This document shows, piece after piece, positions 19,456 to 26,349 of a stretch of 64,000 bases of DNA (position 1 is its first letter; every line of letters begins with the position of its first letter). This DNA is from a virus. Its lineage: Duplodnaviria > Heunggongvirae > Uroviricota > Caudoviricetes. The translations under genes and the position numbers were made by a program. Location: the IMG/VR virus record IMGVR_UViG_2837719392_000001; one strand, written 5' to 3'. The notes under the pieces were generated by a model. The model had not been told where the DNA came from and searched no databases. It saw only the letters and a program-made list of their open reading frames with translations.

Positions 19456-21078
19456 ATGGACAAATATTATAAATATGAAGACAAAATAGTCAATTCCTTT
19501 CTTTTTGTACCAAAGTTCTTGTTTTCTGACGAACGCTTTATGAAGTTAAGTGTCACAGAGAAACTGATTTATTCCTTATATCTACACAGATATACAATAA
19601 GCCAATATCATGACGAGATAGGACGATATATCATTTTTACTGATGATGATATTGTTGACAAACTTTACATCACTTCAAGGACTTGTATCAGAGCTAGAAA
19701 AAAACTCGAAGAAGCAAATCTCATCAAAATCCAAAAAACTCTAACATATAACAAAATCTATCTTGTTAATGTACTTAAAGCTTCTGAAAGTGAACATTTC
19801 TTTAACGAAAATGATTTGGAGGGATTAAAATTTTATCAGTTCCCAAGAGAATTCTTTGAAGATACTTATAAAAACTTAACACTGAATGCCAAGATGGTCT
19901 ATACAGTTTTTCTAGATACTTTAACTCTTAGTCAAATGAATTACTTTGTAGATTCTAACAAAAGGATTTATTTTCAGGAGAACATGGACATACAGATAAA
20001 AAAACTAAATCTAACAAAGCCAACAATACGTGAGGCAAGATACCTCTTGATGGTATGTGGATTGTTGTTAGAGTATAAAACATTCACTGAAGATATCAGA
20101 TATTATCCATTAAAGTTGTCTCACTTTACAGATAGAACTGCTGAATATAAAAAATGTAAAACAGCAAAAGAGAAGAAAGAATTTATAGAGATGACAACAA
20201 AACAAGACAAAGATGAGTTAATACTGAATCCATTAAAAATAGGTGTAAAACTTAAGGACTATAGAAAAGACGCAGGACTTACACAGACAAGACTAATCTC
20301 TTTATTAAGAGAAAAAAATGTAGATATTACTCAGCAGACTTATTCTTCATATGAAAATGGAAAGTTACATATCAAAAAAGAACTTTATGATATCTGTTTA
20401 GAGTGCATACAGGACGAAAAGAAAAAATTGTCTGAGTATACAAGACCAAAAGAAAATATTGTCATGAATGACAACTCTAAAGAAAAAAATTGTCATGACA
20501 TACAAGCTGAAAACAAAGAAATGTCATTAGTGGAAGAAAAATTATTCACGAATGAAAAGAAAGAATTGACATCTCCTGAAAGAAAAGAAAGTCATATAAA
20601 TTATACTTATACAAACAAAAAAGAAAATAATTATAATGAAAAATTAATAGAATTAATTAATTATATTAATAACATTATAAATACTTCACATATTCTTTTA
20701 GAAGAAAAAGATTACTTAACTGCATGTTTTGATAAGCTTCGTATATATAAACGATTCTATCTCAATACTTCACAAGAACTATTCACAACAGAAAGATTAT
20801 ATGAAGTCTTACAGAAGATGAATGAAAGAAATAAAGTTGAAGAGGTGTGTTTGAAGATTTTAGATAGAATTGAAACTAGCCATTATCAATTTAAGACACC
20901 TGATTCAGCCATCAATTGTTTTATTACTTTCTTGCTTAATGAACTAAAAGTAGAGGAAAAACAAGCTGATGATGTCCCAGAATGGTTTTCTAAAAAGAAA
21001 TTTCAGTTTGGTAGATTACCTGAACGTCATGTTGATGTATCTGATGATATAAAAAATTTAAAATGGTGGGAGGATTAA
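19456..21078 (+). CDS. RepA_N-family plasmid replication initiator. Duplicated RepA_N module plus central XRE-type HTH and long K/E/N-rich C-terminus.
   Basis: YKYEDKIVNSFLFVPKFLFSDERFMKLSVTEKLIYSLYLHRY matches the RepA_N signature. Second copy YQFPREFFEDTYKNLTLNAKMVYTVFLD. AAAGGAGG RBS. Confidence 0.7.
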   Translation: MDKYYKYEDKIVNSFLFVPKFLFSDERFMKLSVTEKLIYSLYLHRYTISQYHDEIGRYIIFTDDDIVDKLYITSRTCIRARKKLEEANLIKIQKTLTYNKIYLVNVLKASESEHFFNENDLEGLKFYQFPREFFEDTYKNLTLNAKMVYTVFLDTLTLSQMNYFVDSNKRIYFQENMDIQIKKLNLTKPTIREARYLLMVCGLLLEYKTFTEDIRYYPLKLSHFTDRTAEYKKCKTAKEKKEFIEMTTKQDKDELILNPLKIGVKLKDYRKDAGLTQTRLISLLREKNVDITQQTYSSYENGKLHIKKELYDICLECIQDEKKKLSEYTRPKENIVMNDNSKEKNCHDIQAENKEMSLVEEKLFTNEKKELTSPERKESHINYTYTNKKENNYNEKLIELINYINNIINTSHILLEEKDYLTACFDKLRIYKRFYLNTSQELFTTERLYEVLQKMNERNKVEEVCLKILDRIETSHYQFKTPDSAINCFITFLLNELKVEEKQADDVPEWFSKKKFQFGRLPERHVDVSDDIKNLKWWED

Positions 21079-21094
21079 ACCCACCTTTTCTTAT
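21063..21094 (+). terminator. rho-independent terminator after the initiator gene
   Basis: GGTGGGAGG-n-CCCACC + TTTTCTT. Confidence 0.5.
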
Positions 21095-21235
21095 ATTCCT
21101 AAATTTCGGATTTTCCTAAACTATCATAAATAATGGTATAATATAACTGTATTAATAAACGATTTCCAGAGATTACATTTTTGTAGTCTCTTTTTTCTTT
21201 TAGGAGGGAAAAGGAAAACGTGGAAAGGAGTAAAT

Positions 21236-21439
21236 ATGAAAACATTAAAGAAAATCAAATGGAATCATGTAGCATTAACTTTCATGACTCCAATGTTCAT
21301 TGGAGTAAACTTCTATTGTATCTGGAAATTAATGTTAGCTTTTTTAACAGCCAACGTAAACACTGGATATAATGCTTCTTGTTTTCTATTAATTGAAGCC
21401 ATTATTCTATTTCTTATTATTACAATTAGATTTAAATAA
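21236..21439 (+). CDS. small membrane protein
   Basis: 67 aa, two predicted TM helices. Confidence 0.35.
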   Translation: MKTLKKIKWNHVALTFMTPMFIGVNFYCIWKLMLAFLTANVNTGYNASCFLLIEAIILFLIITIRFK

Positions 21440-21466
21440 TGACCTATCTTGAAAGGAGGGATTGAG

Positions 21467-21727
21467 ATGATGGTCATAAAGAAAAACCGTATTTTTGTGG
21501 ATTTGAGTAGCATATCATACTCAATCCACTCACAAGAAAAAGGTAGAGAGAAAAGAATGTCTTATGTTGGAGACATTGCTTCCATGCATGTTCTCAAATC
21601 ATTTAGTGTTGATAGAGGTCATTTTGACGGACCGGAAATCCATCTAATTACAACAGATGGATATATCATCATTGTCAATGCTTGGACATTTAAGTTATGC
21701 ACAGTCTTGATAGCAAGACCAGGATAG
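21467..21727 (+). CDS. hypothetical protein
   Basis: AGGAGGGA RBS then ATGATG. Confidence 0.35.
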   Translation: MMVIKKNRIFVDLSSISYSIHSQEKGREKRMSYVGDIASMHVLKSFSVDRGHFDGPEIHLITTDGYIIIVNAWTFKLCTVLIARPG

Positions 21728-21846
21728 ATTGATAGATATTATAAAGCTATCAATCAAAAAGCACCAGTATGGTTGCTTGATAAGGCTTTTTACAATCAAA
21801 AAAGAAAATTAAACAAACTCTAGTCTGGCCAACTAGTTAAGAAAGG

Positions 21847-22080
21847 ATGAAAATTATGAGTTATTTAGGTGAAACAAAATTAATACGTGCAATAAGAAAG
21901 AGATTAGAAAGATATGGTTACATGGATGTAGAAGTCGCTTGTGCTGCAGAGCATCTTATAGACAATAGATGTGCAATAGAATCAATTATTGCTGATGTCT
22001 TAGATGAAGATATGACAGTTAATGAAGCTGTCAAAAAAGCAGTGAATGCGGAAGTTGAAAGAATGGAATGTATGGAATAG
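21847..22080 (+). CDS. hypothetical small protein
   Basis: 77 aa. Followed by hairpin GAGTGAT-TCTT-ATCACTC. Confidence 0.35.
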   Translation: MKIMSYLGETKLIRAIRKRLERYGYMDVEVACAAEHLIDNRCAIESIIADVLDEDMTVNEAVKKAVNAEVERMECME

Positions 22081-22132
22081 AGTGATTCTTATCACTCTAT
22101 TTTATCTTAAAATAAATAATATAATATAATTA

Positions 22133-22161
22133 TTGACACAATATCATTTATATGATATAAT
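22133..22161 (+). promoter_or_regulatory. consensus sigma-A promoter for the tRNA array: TTGACA - 17 nt - TGaTATAAT
   Basis: Exact -35 and -10 hexamers with 17-nt spacer and extended -10 TG. Confidence 0.7.
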
Positions 22162-22271
22162 GTGTGTACAGTGATGAAAGGAGAGAACATATTAAGACGA
22201 TTTGTGATAGACTTTTCAATATTTCTTAATTTGTCGCTTCTTGGTCACAAGAAGTTTTTATTTTGAAAAAA

Positions 22272-22354
22272 CGTCCTCGTGATGGAACTGGTAGACATGC
22301 ATGGCTTAGACCCATGTGCTTATGCGTAAGGGTTCGAATCTCTTCGAGGACACC
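22272..22354 (+). tRNA. tRNA-Leu (anticodon TAG), class II
   Basis: Acceptor GTCCTCG/CGAGGAC, anticodon stem CATGG/CCATG with loop CTTAGAC, T-loop TTCGAAT, CCA encoded. Confidence 0.75.
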
Positions 22355-22398
22355 AATATCACTCCAATTCTTGTAAAGAGTGAATATATGAAATTATA

Positions 22399-22471
22399 TG
22401 AACATCTAGCATAATGGAAATGCGTAGGGTTCAGCGCCCTTCATGATACTGGTTCAAGTCCAGTGGTGTTC
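22399..22471 (+). tRNA. tRNA-like gene with atypical anticodon arm (loop TTCAGCG, identity unresolved), no encoded CCA
   Basis: Acceptor GAACATC/GGTGTTC (7 bp incl. G-U), D-arm GCAT/ATGC, T-arm ACTGG-TTCAAGT-CCAGT. Anticodon stem has a mismatch and a 6-nt variable region. Confidence 0.4.
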
Positions 22472-22521
22472 AAATACCAGATTAGAAATAAGGCTAAAAC
22501 AGGGATAATCATATCCCTACA

Positions 22522-22661
22522 TGGTCCTTTAGCTCAGTAGGTAGAGCAGATGACTGTTATACATCACTACATCAAATAAAGACAGTTAAGTACGTGATGT
22601 ATGTCAACACTTTGTGTTGACAAATCATAGCTTGCAGGTTCGAATCCTGTAGGGACCACCA
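22522..22661 (+). tRNA. tRNA-Asn (GTT) gene interrupted by about 67-nt insertion at the 3' side of the anticodon loop (about 22559-22625)
   Basis: 5' half GGTCCTT-TA-GCTC-AGTAGGTA-GAGC-A-GATGA-CTGTTA. 3' half TCATA-GCTT-GCAGG-TTCGAAT-CCTGT-AGGGACC-A-CCA. Near-identical to the intact paralog at 23946. Insert has two perfect hairpins. Confidence 0.6.
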
Positions 22662-22688
22662 AATATACATTTTTTGTGACAAACAATA

Positions 22689-22766
22689 TTGGTGAGTAGC
22701 GTAGTTGGTTAGCGCAATCGGCTGTTAACCGATGGGTCGTGGGTTCAAGTCCCACCTCGCCAGCCA
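22689..22766 (+). tRNA. tRNA-Asn (GTT)
   Basis: U1-A72, loop CTGTTAA, T-arm GTGGG-TTCAAGT-CCCAC, discriminator G, CCA. Confidence 0.8.
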
Positions 22767-22767
22767 T

Positions 22768-22843
22768 GGCCTGTTCGTCTAAAGGTTAGGACACAACCCT
22801 TTCACGGTTGCAATGTTGAGTTCAAGTCTCACACAGGTCGCCA
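22768..22843 (+). tRNA. tRNA-Glu (TTC)
   Basis: Acceptor GGCCTGT/ACAGGTC, loop CTTTCAC, CCA. Confidence 0.8.
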
Positions 22844-22848
22844 AAAAT

Positions 22849-22925
22849 GGACATTTAGCTCAGGTGGTTAGAGCCATCGCCTCATAAGCGATTGGTCGGA
22901 GGTTCAAGTCCTTCAATGTCCACCA
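22849..22925 (+). tRNA. tRNA with CAT anticodon, elongator Met or Ile2 (lysidine) type
   Basis: Acceptor GGACATT/AATGTCC (G1-C72, so not initiator), loop CTCATAA, CCA. Confidence 0.75.
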
Positions 22926-22934
22926 TATAAAGAT

Positions 22935-23009
22935 GGTGAGGTTAGCTTAATGGTAAAGCGCTGGACTGTGGCCCCAGTTATACGAGTTCGATTCTCGTAC
23001 TTCACACCA
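22935..23009 (+). tRNA. tRNA-His (GTG) with encoded G-1
   Basis: G-1 then GTGAGGT acceptor, loop CTGTGGC, T-loop TTCGATT, CCA. Confidence 0.75.
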
Positions 23010-23014
23010 AAAAT

Positions 23015-23091
23015 TGGAAAGTAGCTCAGTTTGGTAGGGCGCACACTTTGGGAGCGTGAGGGCATGGGTTCAAATCCCATCTTTCCAACCA
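23015..23091 (+). tRNA. tRNA-Pro (TGG)
   Basis: Acceptor TGGAAAG/CTTTCCA, classic Pro loop TTTGGGA, one A-C mismatch in anticodon stem, CCA. Confidence 0.7.
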
Positions 23092-23105
23092 TATATTCCA
23101 CATAT

Positions 23106-23181
23106 GCCACCATAGCACAACTGGCAGTGCAACTGACTTGTAATCAGGAGGTTGGAGGTTCGACTCCTTCTGGTGGCACCA
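23106..23181 (+). tRNA. tRNA-Thr (TGT)
   Basis: Acceptor GCCACCA/TGGTGGC, loop CTTGTAA, CCA. Close to B. subtilis tRNA-Thr. Confidence 0.8.
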
Positions 23182-23186
23182 TATTT

Positions 23187-23271
23187 GGGGAAGTATTCCG
23201 TAACAGGTAGCGGGCTTGACTGTAAATCAGGTGTTTAAACTCAGAGTGTTCGAGTCACTCCTTCCCCACCA
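23187..23271 (+). tRNA. tRNA-Tyr (GTA), class II
   Basis: Acceptor GGGGAAG/CTTCCCC, loop CTGTAAA, long variable arm, CCA. Confidence 0.8.
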
Positions 23272-23283
23272 ATAAAATAATCT

Positions 23284-23372
23284 GCCCAAATGGTGAAATC
23301 AGGTAGACACACTGGACTTAAAATCCAGAGGAAGAAAATTCCGTGCCAGTTCGAGTCTGGCTTTGGGTACCA
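23284..23372 (+). tRNA. tRNA-Leu (TAA), class II
   Basis: Acceptor GCCCAAA/TTTGGGT, loop CTTAAAA, long variable arm, CCA. Confidence 0.8.
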
Positions 23373-23378
23373 TATTTT

Positions 23379-23453
23379 GCGGGTGTGATTCAACGGCTAG
23401 AATGTCAGCCTTCCAAGCTGACTACGTGGGTTCGATTCCCATCACCCGCTCCA
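23379..23453 (+). tRNA. tRNA-Gly (TCC)
   Basis: Acceptor GCGGGTG/CACCCGC, loop CTTCCAA, discriminator T, CCA. Confidence 0.8.
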
Positions 23454-23458
23454 TAAAT

Positions 23459-23548
23459 GGAAAGTAAATCCAAGAGGTTTTGGAACACGCCTGCTAAGCG
23501 TTGTGTGGGTATGACACCCATGAGTTTCGATTACTCTGCTTTCCGCCA
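23459..23548 (+). tRNA. tRNA-Ser (GCT), class II
   Basis: Acceptor GGAAAGT/GCTTTCC, loop CTGCTAA, long variable arm, discriminator G, CCA. Confidence 0.75.
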
Positions 23549-23551
23549 TAT

Positions 23552-23682
23552 ACGTCCTTAGCTCAGAGGAAAGAGCACGCGCCTTCTACATTGCAATCTG
23601 TAGATAGCAAGACATTGAAAATCAATCAAGTTGATTTTCATATAAGCGTGATGTCGAAGGTTCGACTCCTTCAGGGCGTACC
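23552..23682 (+). tRNA. tRNA-Arg (TCT) gene interrupted by a 55-nt insertion (about 23590-23644) between anticodon-loop position 38 and the 3' anticodon stem
   Basis: 5' exon ACGTCCT-TA-GCTC-AGAGGAAA-GAGC-A-CGCGC-CTTCTAC. 3' exon GCGTG-ATGTC-GAAGG-TTCGACT-CCTTC-AGGGCGT-A-CCA. All other arms canonical. Insert has hairpins TCTACA/TGTAGA (pairs with anticodon) and GAAAATCAA/TTGATTTTC. Confidence 0.65.
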
Positions 23683-23691
23683 AATTCAATA

Positions 23692-23768
23692 TCGCGGGGT
23701 AGAGCAGTTTGGTAGCTCGTCGGGCTCATTCCCCGAAGGTCGCAAGTTCAAATCTTGCCCCTGCAACC
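23692..23768 (+). tRNA. initiator tRNA-fMet (CAT)
   Basis: C1 x A72 mismatch (CGCGGGG...CCCTGCA-A-CCA). Near-identical body to E. coli tRNA-fMet, but anticodon loop reads CTCATTC (T37 instead of A, unusual). Confidence 0.7.
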
Positions 23769-23771
23769 AAA

Positions 23772-23848
23772 TGGTCTGGTAGTTCAGTTGGTTAGAACGC
23801 CGCCCTGTCACGGCGGAGGTCGCGGGTTCGAGCCCCGTCCAGACCGCC
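23772..23848 (+). tRNA. tRNA-Asp (GTC)
   Basis: Acceptor GGTCTGG/CCAGACC, stem CCGCC/GGCGG, loop CTGTCAC, discriminator G, CCA. Confidence 0.8.
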
Positions 23849-23853
23849 ATAAA

Positions 23854-23941
23854 CGCTTGCGTGTGATAATTGGTAGTCGCGCGGTCTTGAAAACCGTTGA
23901 CGGGAAACCGTTTGAGAGTTCGAGTCTCTCCGCAAGCGCCA
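23854..23941 (+). tRNA. tRNA-Ser (TGA), class II
   Basis: Acceptor GCTTGCG/CGCAAGC, loop CTTGAAA, long variable arm, CCA. Confidence 0.8.
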
Positions 23942-23945
23942 ATAA

Positions 23946-24021
23946 GGTTCCTTAGCTCAGTAGGTAGAGCGGATGACTGTTAATCATTAGGCCGCAGGTT
24001 CAAGTCCTGCAGGGACCGCCA
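23946..24021 (+). tRNA. tRNA-Asn (GTT), intact paralog of the interrupted gene at 22522
   Basis: Acceptor GGTTCCT/AGGGACC, stem GATGA/TCATT, loop CTGTTAA, CCA. Confidence 0.8.
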
Positions 24022-24022
24022 C

Positions 24023-24097
24023 GGCCCGTTCGACAAGTGGTTAAGTCACTACCCTTTCACGGTAGTATCGTGGGTTCAAATCCCGCACGGGTCACCA
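24023..24097 (+). tRNA. tRNA-Glu (TTC), second copy
   Basis: Acceptor GGCCCGT/ACGGGTC, loop CTTTCAC, CCA. Confidence 0.8.
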
Positions 24098-24100
24098 TAT

Positions 24101-24176
24101 GGACATTTAGCTCAGGTGGTAGAGAGGATGATTATTAAAAATCATCAAGTCGGAGGTTCAAATCCTCCAATGTCCA
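24101..24176 (+). tRNA. tRNA-like gene. Paralog of the CAT tRNA at 22849 but with an enlarged anticodon loop (GATGA-TTATTAAAAA-TCATC) and no encoded CCA. Possible pseudogene or unconventional decoder.
   Basis: Acceptor GGACATT/AATGTCC, T-arm GGAGG-TTCAAAT-CCTCC. 10 nt between the 5-bp anticodon stem halves. D-stem has one mismatch. Confidence 0.4.
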
Positions 24177-24186
24177 CTTCTTTCGT

Positions 24187-24262
24187 GGTTTCGTAGCTCA
24201 ATAGGTAGAGCGCTTGGCTGAAGACCAAGGCAGTATTGGTTCAATTCCAGTCGAAACCACCA
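24187..24262 (+). tRNA. tRNA-Phe (GAA)
   Basis: Acceptor GGTTTCG/CGAAACC, stem CTTGG/CCAAG, loop CTGAAGA, CCA. Confidence 0.8.
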
Positions 24263-24267
24263 TAAAT

Positions 24268-24346
24268 GGGGAATGGGAATGCTAGGAGTGTTCACCTGCC
24301 TTGCAAGCAGGAATGCAGATGGGTTCAAATCCCATATTCTCCACCA
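24268..24346 (+). tRNA. tRNA-Ala (TGC)
   Basis: G3-U70 identity pair, stem CCTGC/GCAGG, loop CTTGCAA, slightly long variable region, CCA. Confidence 0.7.
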
Positions 24347-24353
24347 AAAATCT

Positions 24354-24429
24354 AGGAGCGTAGCACAAAGGTGAATGCACACGACCGATAATCGTGCGAC
24401 TGCAAGTTCGAGTCTTGCCGTTCCTACCA
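24354..24429 (+). tRNA. tRNA-Ile (GAT) with C at position 33
   Basis: Acceptor AGGAGCG/CGTTCCT, stem CACGA/TCGTG, loop CCGATAA, CCA. Confidence 0.65.
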
Positions 24430-24432
24430 TAT

Positions 24433-24504
24433 CATCTGTAGCTTATATGGTAAAGCCACAGCCGTTAGTGCTGGGGAAGTTTGGTTCGACTCCAGACCAG
24501 ATGC
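24433..24504 (+). tRNA. tRNA-like gene with aberrant anticodon loop (CGTTAGT, G at position 33, possible TTA/TAG-type anticodon). No CCA.
   Basis: Acceptor CATCTGT/CCAGATG (6 bp), D-arm GCTT/AAGC, T-arm TTTGG-TTCGACT-CCAGA. Anticodon stem has only 4 bp. Confidence 0.35.
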
Positions 24505-24918
24505 CGGAGTTAAGGATTCTCTGAGAAAAATCTATATTGGAAAGGACCACGGTGAGGAATTGTACGCGAAAGCCATGCAACACTATTCCAAATCCGAAAG
24601 CATCTAGCTAATGCCTTGTTGGTCTGAGTTTCAAGTGCGAGGTTGGGGCAGCTTGAACAAGAAATCGTATGGGAATAAAAAATCTGACGACAGCCGGATT
24701 GACAATATATTTCCGTCCTGTATAGGTAAAAGTGGTTTGATGTGAACCGTCAAAAGAAAAAACATCGCTGTCAAATACCGAACAAAGGAGAAGAGTAGGT
24801 AAAAGACAAACCAGAATCCTTGAGGCTATTAACCTCTATTTGAATATCATTGAATAAGTTAATGGTCGACAGTCCATTGGGTAACTCCATAGGAGCACTG
24901 TTAGGTCTTTTCTTTTAT
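24505..24918 (+). ncRNA. candidate structured non-coding RNA (about 410 nt) between tRNA genes. Identity unknown.
   Basis: No plausible ORF on either strand. GC content clearly above flanking DNA. Many short complementary segments. Lies inside the tRNA transcription unit. Confidence 0.3.
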
Positions 24919-24995
24919 AGCAGAATGGCGAAAATGGTAGACGCACAGGACTTTGACTCCTGCATTTGGAGGTTCGAACCCTTCTTCTGCTGCCA
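24919..24995 (+). tRNA. tRNA-Gln (TTG)
   Basis: Acceptor AGCAGAA/TTCTGCT, stem CAGGA/TCCTG, loop CTTTGAC, discriminator G, CCA. Confidence 0.8.
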
Positions 24996-25017
24996 AAATA
25001 CTCAAATGGGGTGATAG

Positions 25018-25604
25018 ATTTGTCAACTTATTATGATTATTATGTTTTTATTAAAAAGGATAATGAGTTTAAGTATGCTGGATACTATGATATTTCTGGC
25101 AAACCCCTTCCCATATATTATCATACCCGTAGCTTCTCATACGGTTTCTTAGATTATGGACAATATGTCGATGACCCAGATAAATATGGTATCCATTTAC
25201 CAAACGAAGGTGATGAGGAAGATGAAGCCAGATTCGGTTACGTTTTCCAATTACCAGATATAGAAGCCATTCCAGACAGAAGCCATAAAGAAGCCTATAT
25301 ATATAAAACACTGAAAAGAGATATGGAAATTAATCATTTCGAATATGACATAGAAGAATATTTGGAAAATGATGAAGAATCTGTCGATGGACATTCACTT
25401 GTTATTTGCAAGAGTGAATTTGATAGACTATCCATAGAAGAACAAAAGAAATACTTTTATTATAAGTGGATTGATTATGAAGATATGTCCTACCATAGAA
25501 ATATTCTATGCACCATCATCAATAACTGGATAAATATAAGACAATTCAAAGAATTTAAAGATATAGATAAAAAGGACATATATGTCATTGCCTTTGGAGG
25601 ATAG
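25018..25604 (+). CDS. hypothetical acidic protein (D/E/Y-rich)
   Basis: ORF 24966..25604, trimmed so it does not overlap tRNA-Gln. Probable TTG/GTG start after a GGGGTGA RBS. Start uncertain. Confidence 0.35.
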
Positions 25605-25617
25605 GGAGGTGATGTAA

Positions 25618-26340
25618 GTGCAATGTAAAATTTATAGACGCACTTGGTCGTTGAAAAGAAAGTATCAACAAGAAGCTTTATTTTTTGACATTGATTCCTT
25701 CTTTCTTCCATATTATAAAAGATGCCATTTAAAAGCGTACAATCGTCCCCAATTTTGGTGGGCAACAGAATGGAATCTTATCTGTGATGAATTCAATCCT
25801 GAAGAATATAAAGATATTGAGTGGTTTCGAAAGAATGTTGCGGGACGCTTTGTGTCTCCTAAAGCGCTTAAATATATTCCATTTGCCAAATCAGATGATG
25901 ATTTCCCTGTACATGAAATAGATGAAATAGAAGTGGTACAATATAAGGTTGTTGATGAATATGGATATCCTATAAGTATGGATGTCTATATTAGTGATTA
26001 TATTGAAGAAAATATCAAAAGATACAAGAACTCATATAGTTTAAACAATCATCATTGTTATCCATCTCTACGCTACTACTGGCGACATCCTCAAACGACA
26101 AATGAAAAAAGACAACAGTTATCTAAAGAAGAAAAAAGATATTATCAAGAAAATGGATGGCATATGAAAGAGCGTTCTAAAAGAAATGCAAGAAATCTGC
26201 CAGATTTATTCGATGATAAATTCATTCATGTTGACAAATGCTGGAAATCTCAGACTCGTCAGCCTCGACAATATTTGAGAAACAAAAGAGCCAAAAGAAA
26301 AAGAATTCATGGAGAGGAATACAGGAATTTTATGGGGTGA
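25618..26340 (+). CDS. hypothetical basic protein
   Basis: GTG start after GGAGGTGA RBS. 240 aa, K/R/Y/W-rich. Confidence 0.4.
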   Translation: MQCKIYRRTWSLKRKYQQEALFFDIDSFFLPYYKRCHLKAYNRPQFWWATEWNLICDEFNPEEYKDIEWFRKNVAGRFVSPKALKYIPFAKSDDDFPVHEIDEIEVVQYKVVDEYGYPISMDVYISDYIEENIKRYKNSYSLNNHHCYPSLRYYWRHPQTTNEKRQQLSKEEKRYYQENGWHMKERSKRNARNLPDLFDDKFIHVDKCWKSQTRQPRQYLRNKRAKRKRIHGEEYRNFMG

Positions 26341-26349
26341 TAAGTAAAC

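Noticed and set aside
22567-24430. ORF-track entries overlapping the tRNA array (22567..22767 -, 22913..23113 -, 23501..23782 +, 23755..23955 +, 24158..24430 -)
   Set aside because: They translate through tRNA genes and give characteristic GLEPT/GFEPR tRNA-artifact peptides with no RBS. They are not coding.
24433-24995. tmRNA (ssrA), or a tRNA with group I intron, spanning the tRNA-like gene at 24433 through tRNA-Gln at 24919
   Set aside because: The 5' element is a complete cloverleaf on its own, and tRNA-Gln(UUG) is also complete. There is no tag-peptide reading frame ending in a stop followed by a T-arm/acceptor/CCA, and no group I P7 elements were seen in between.
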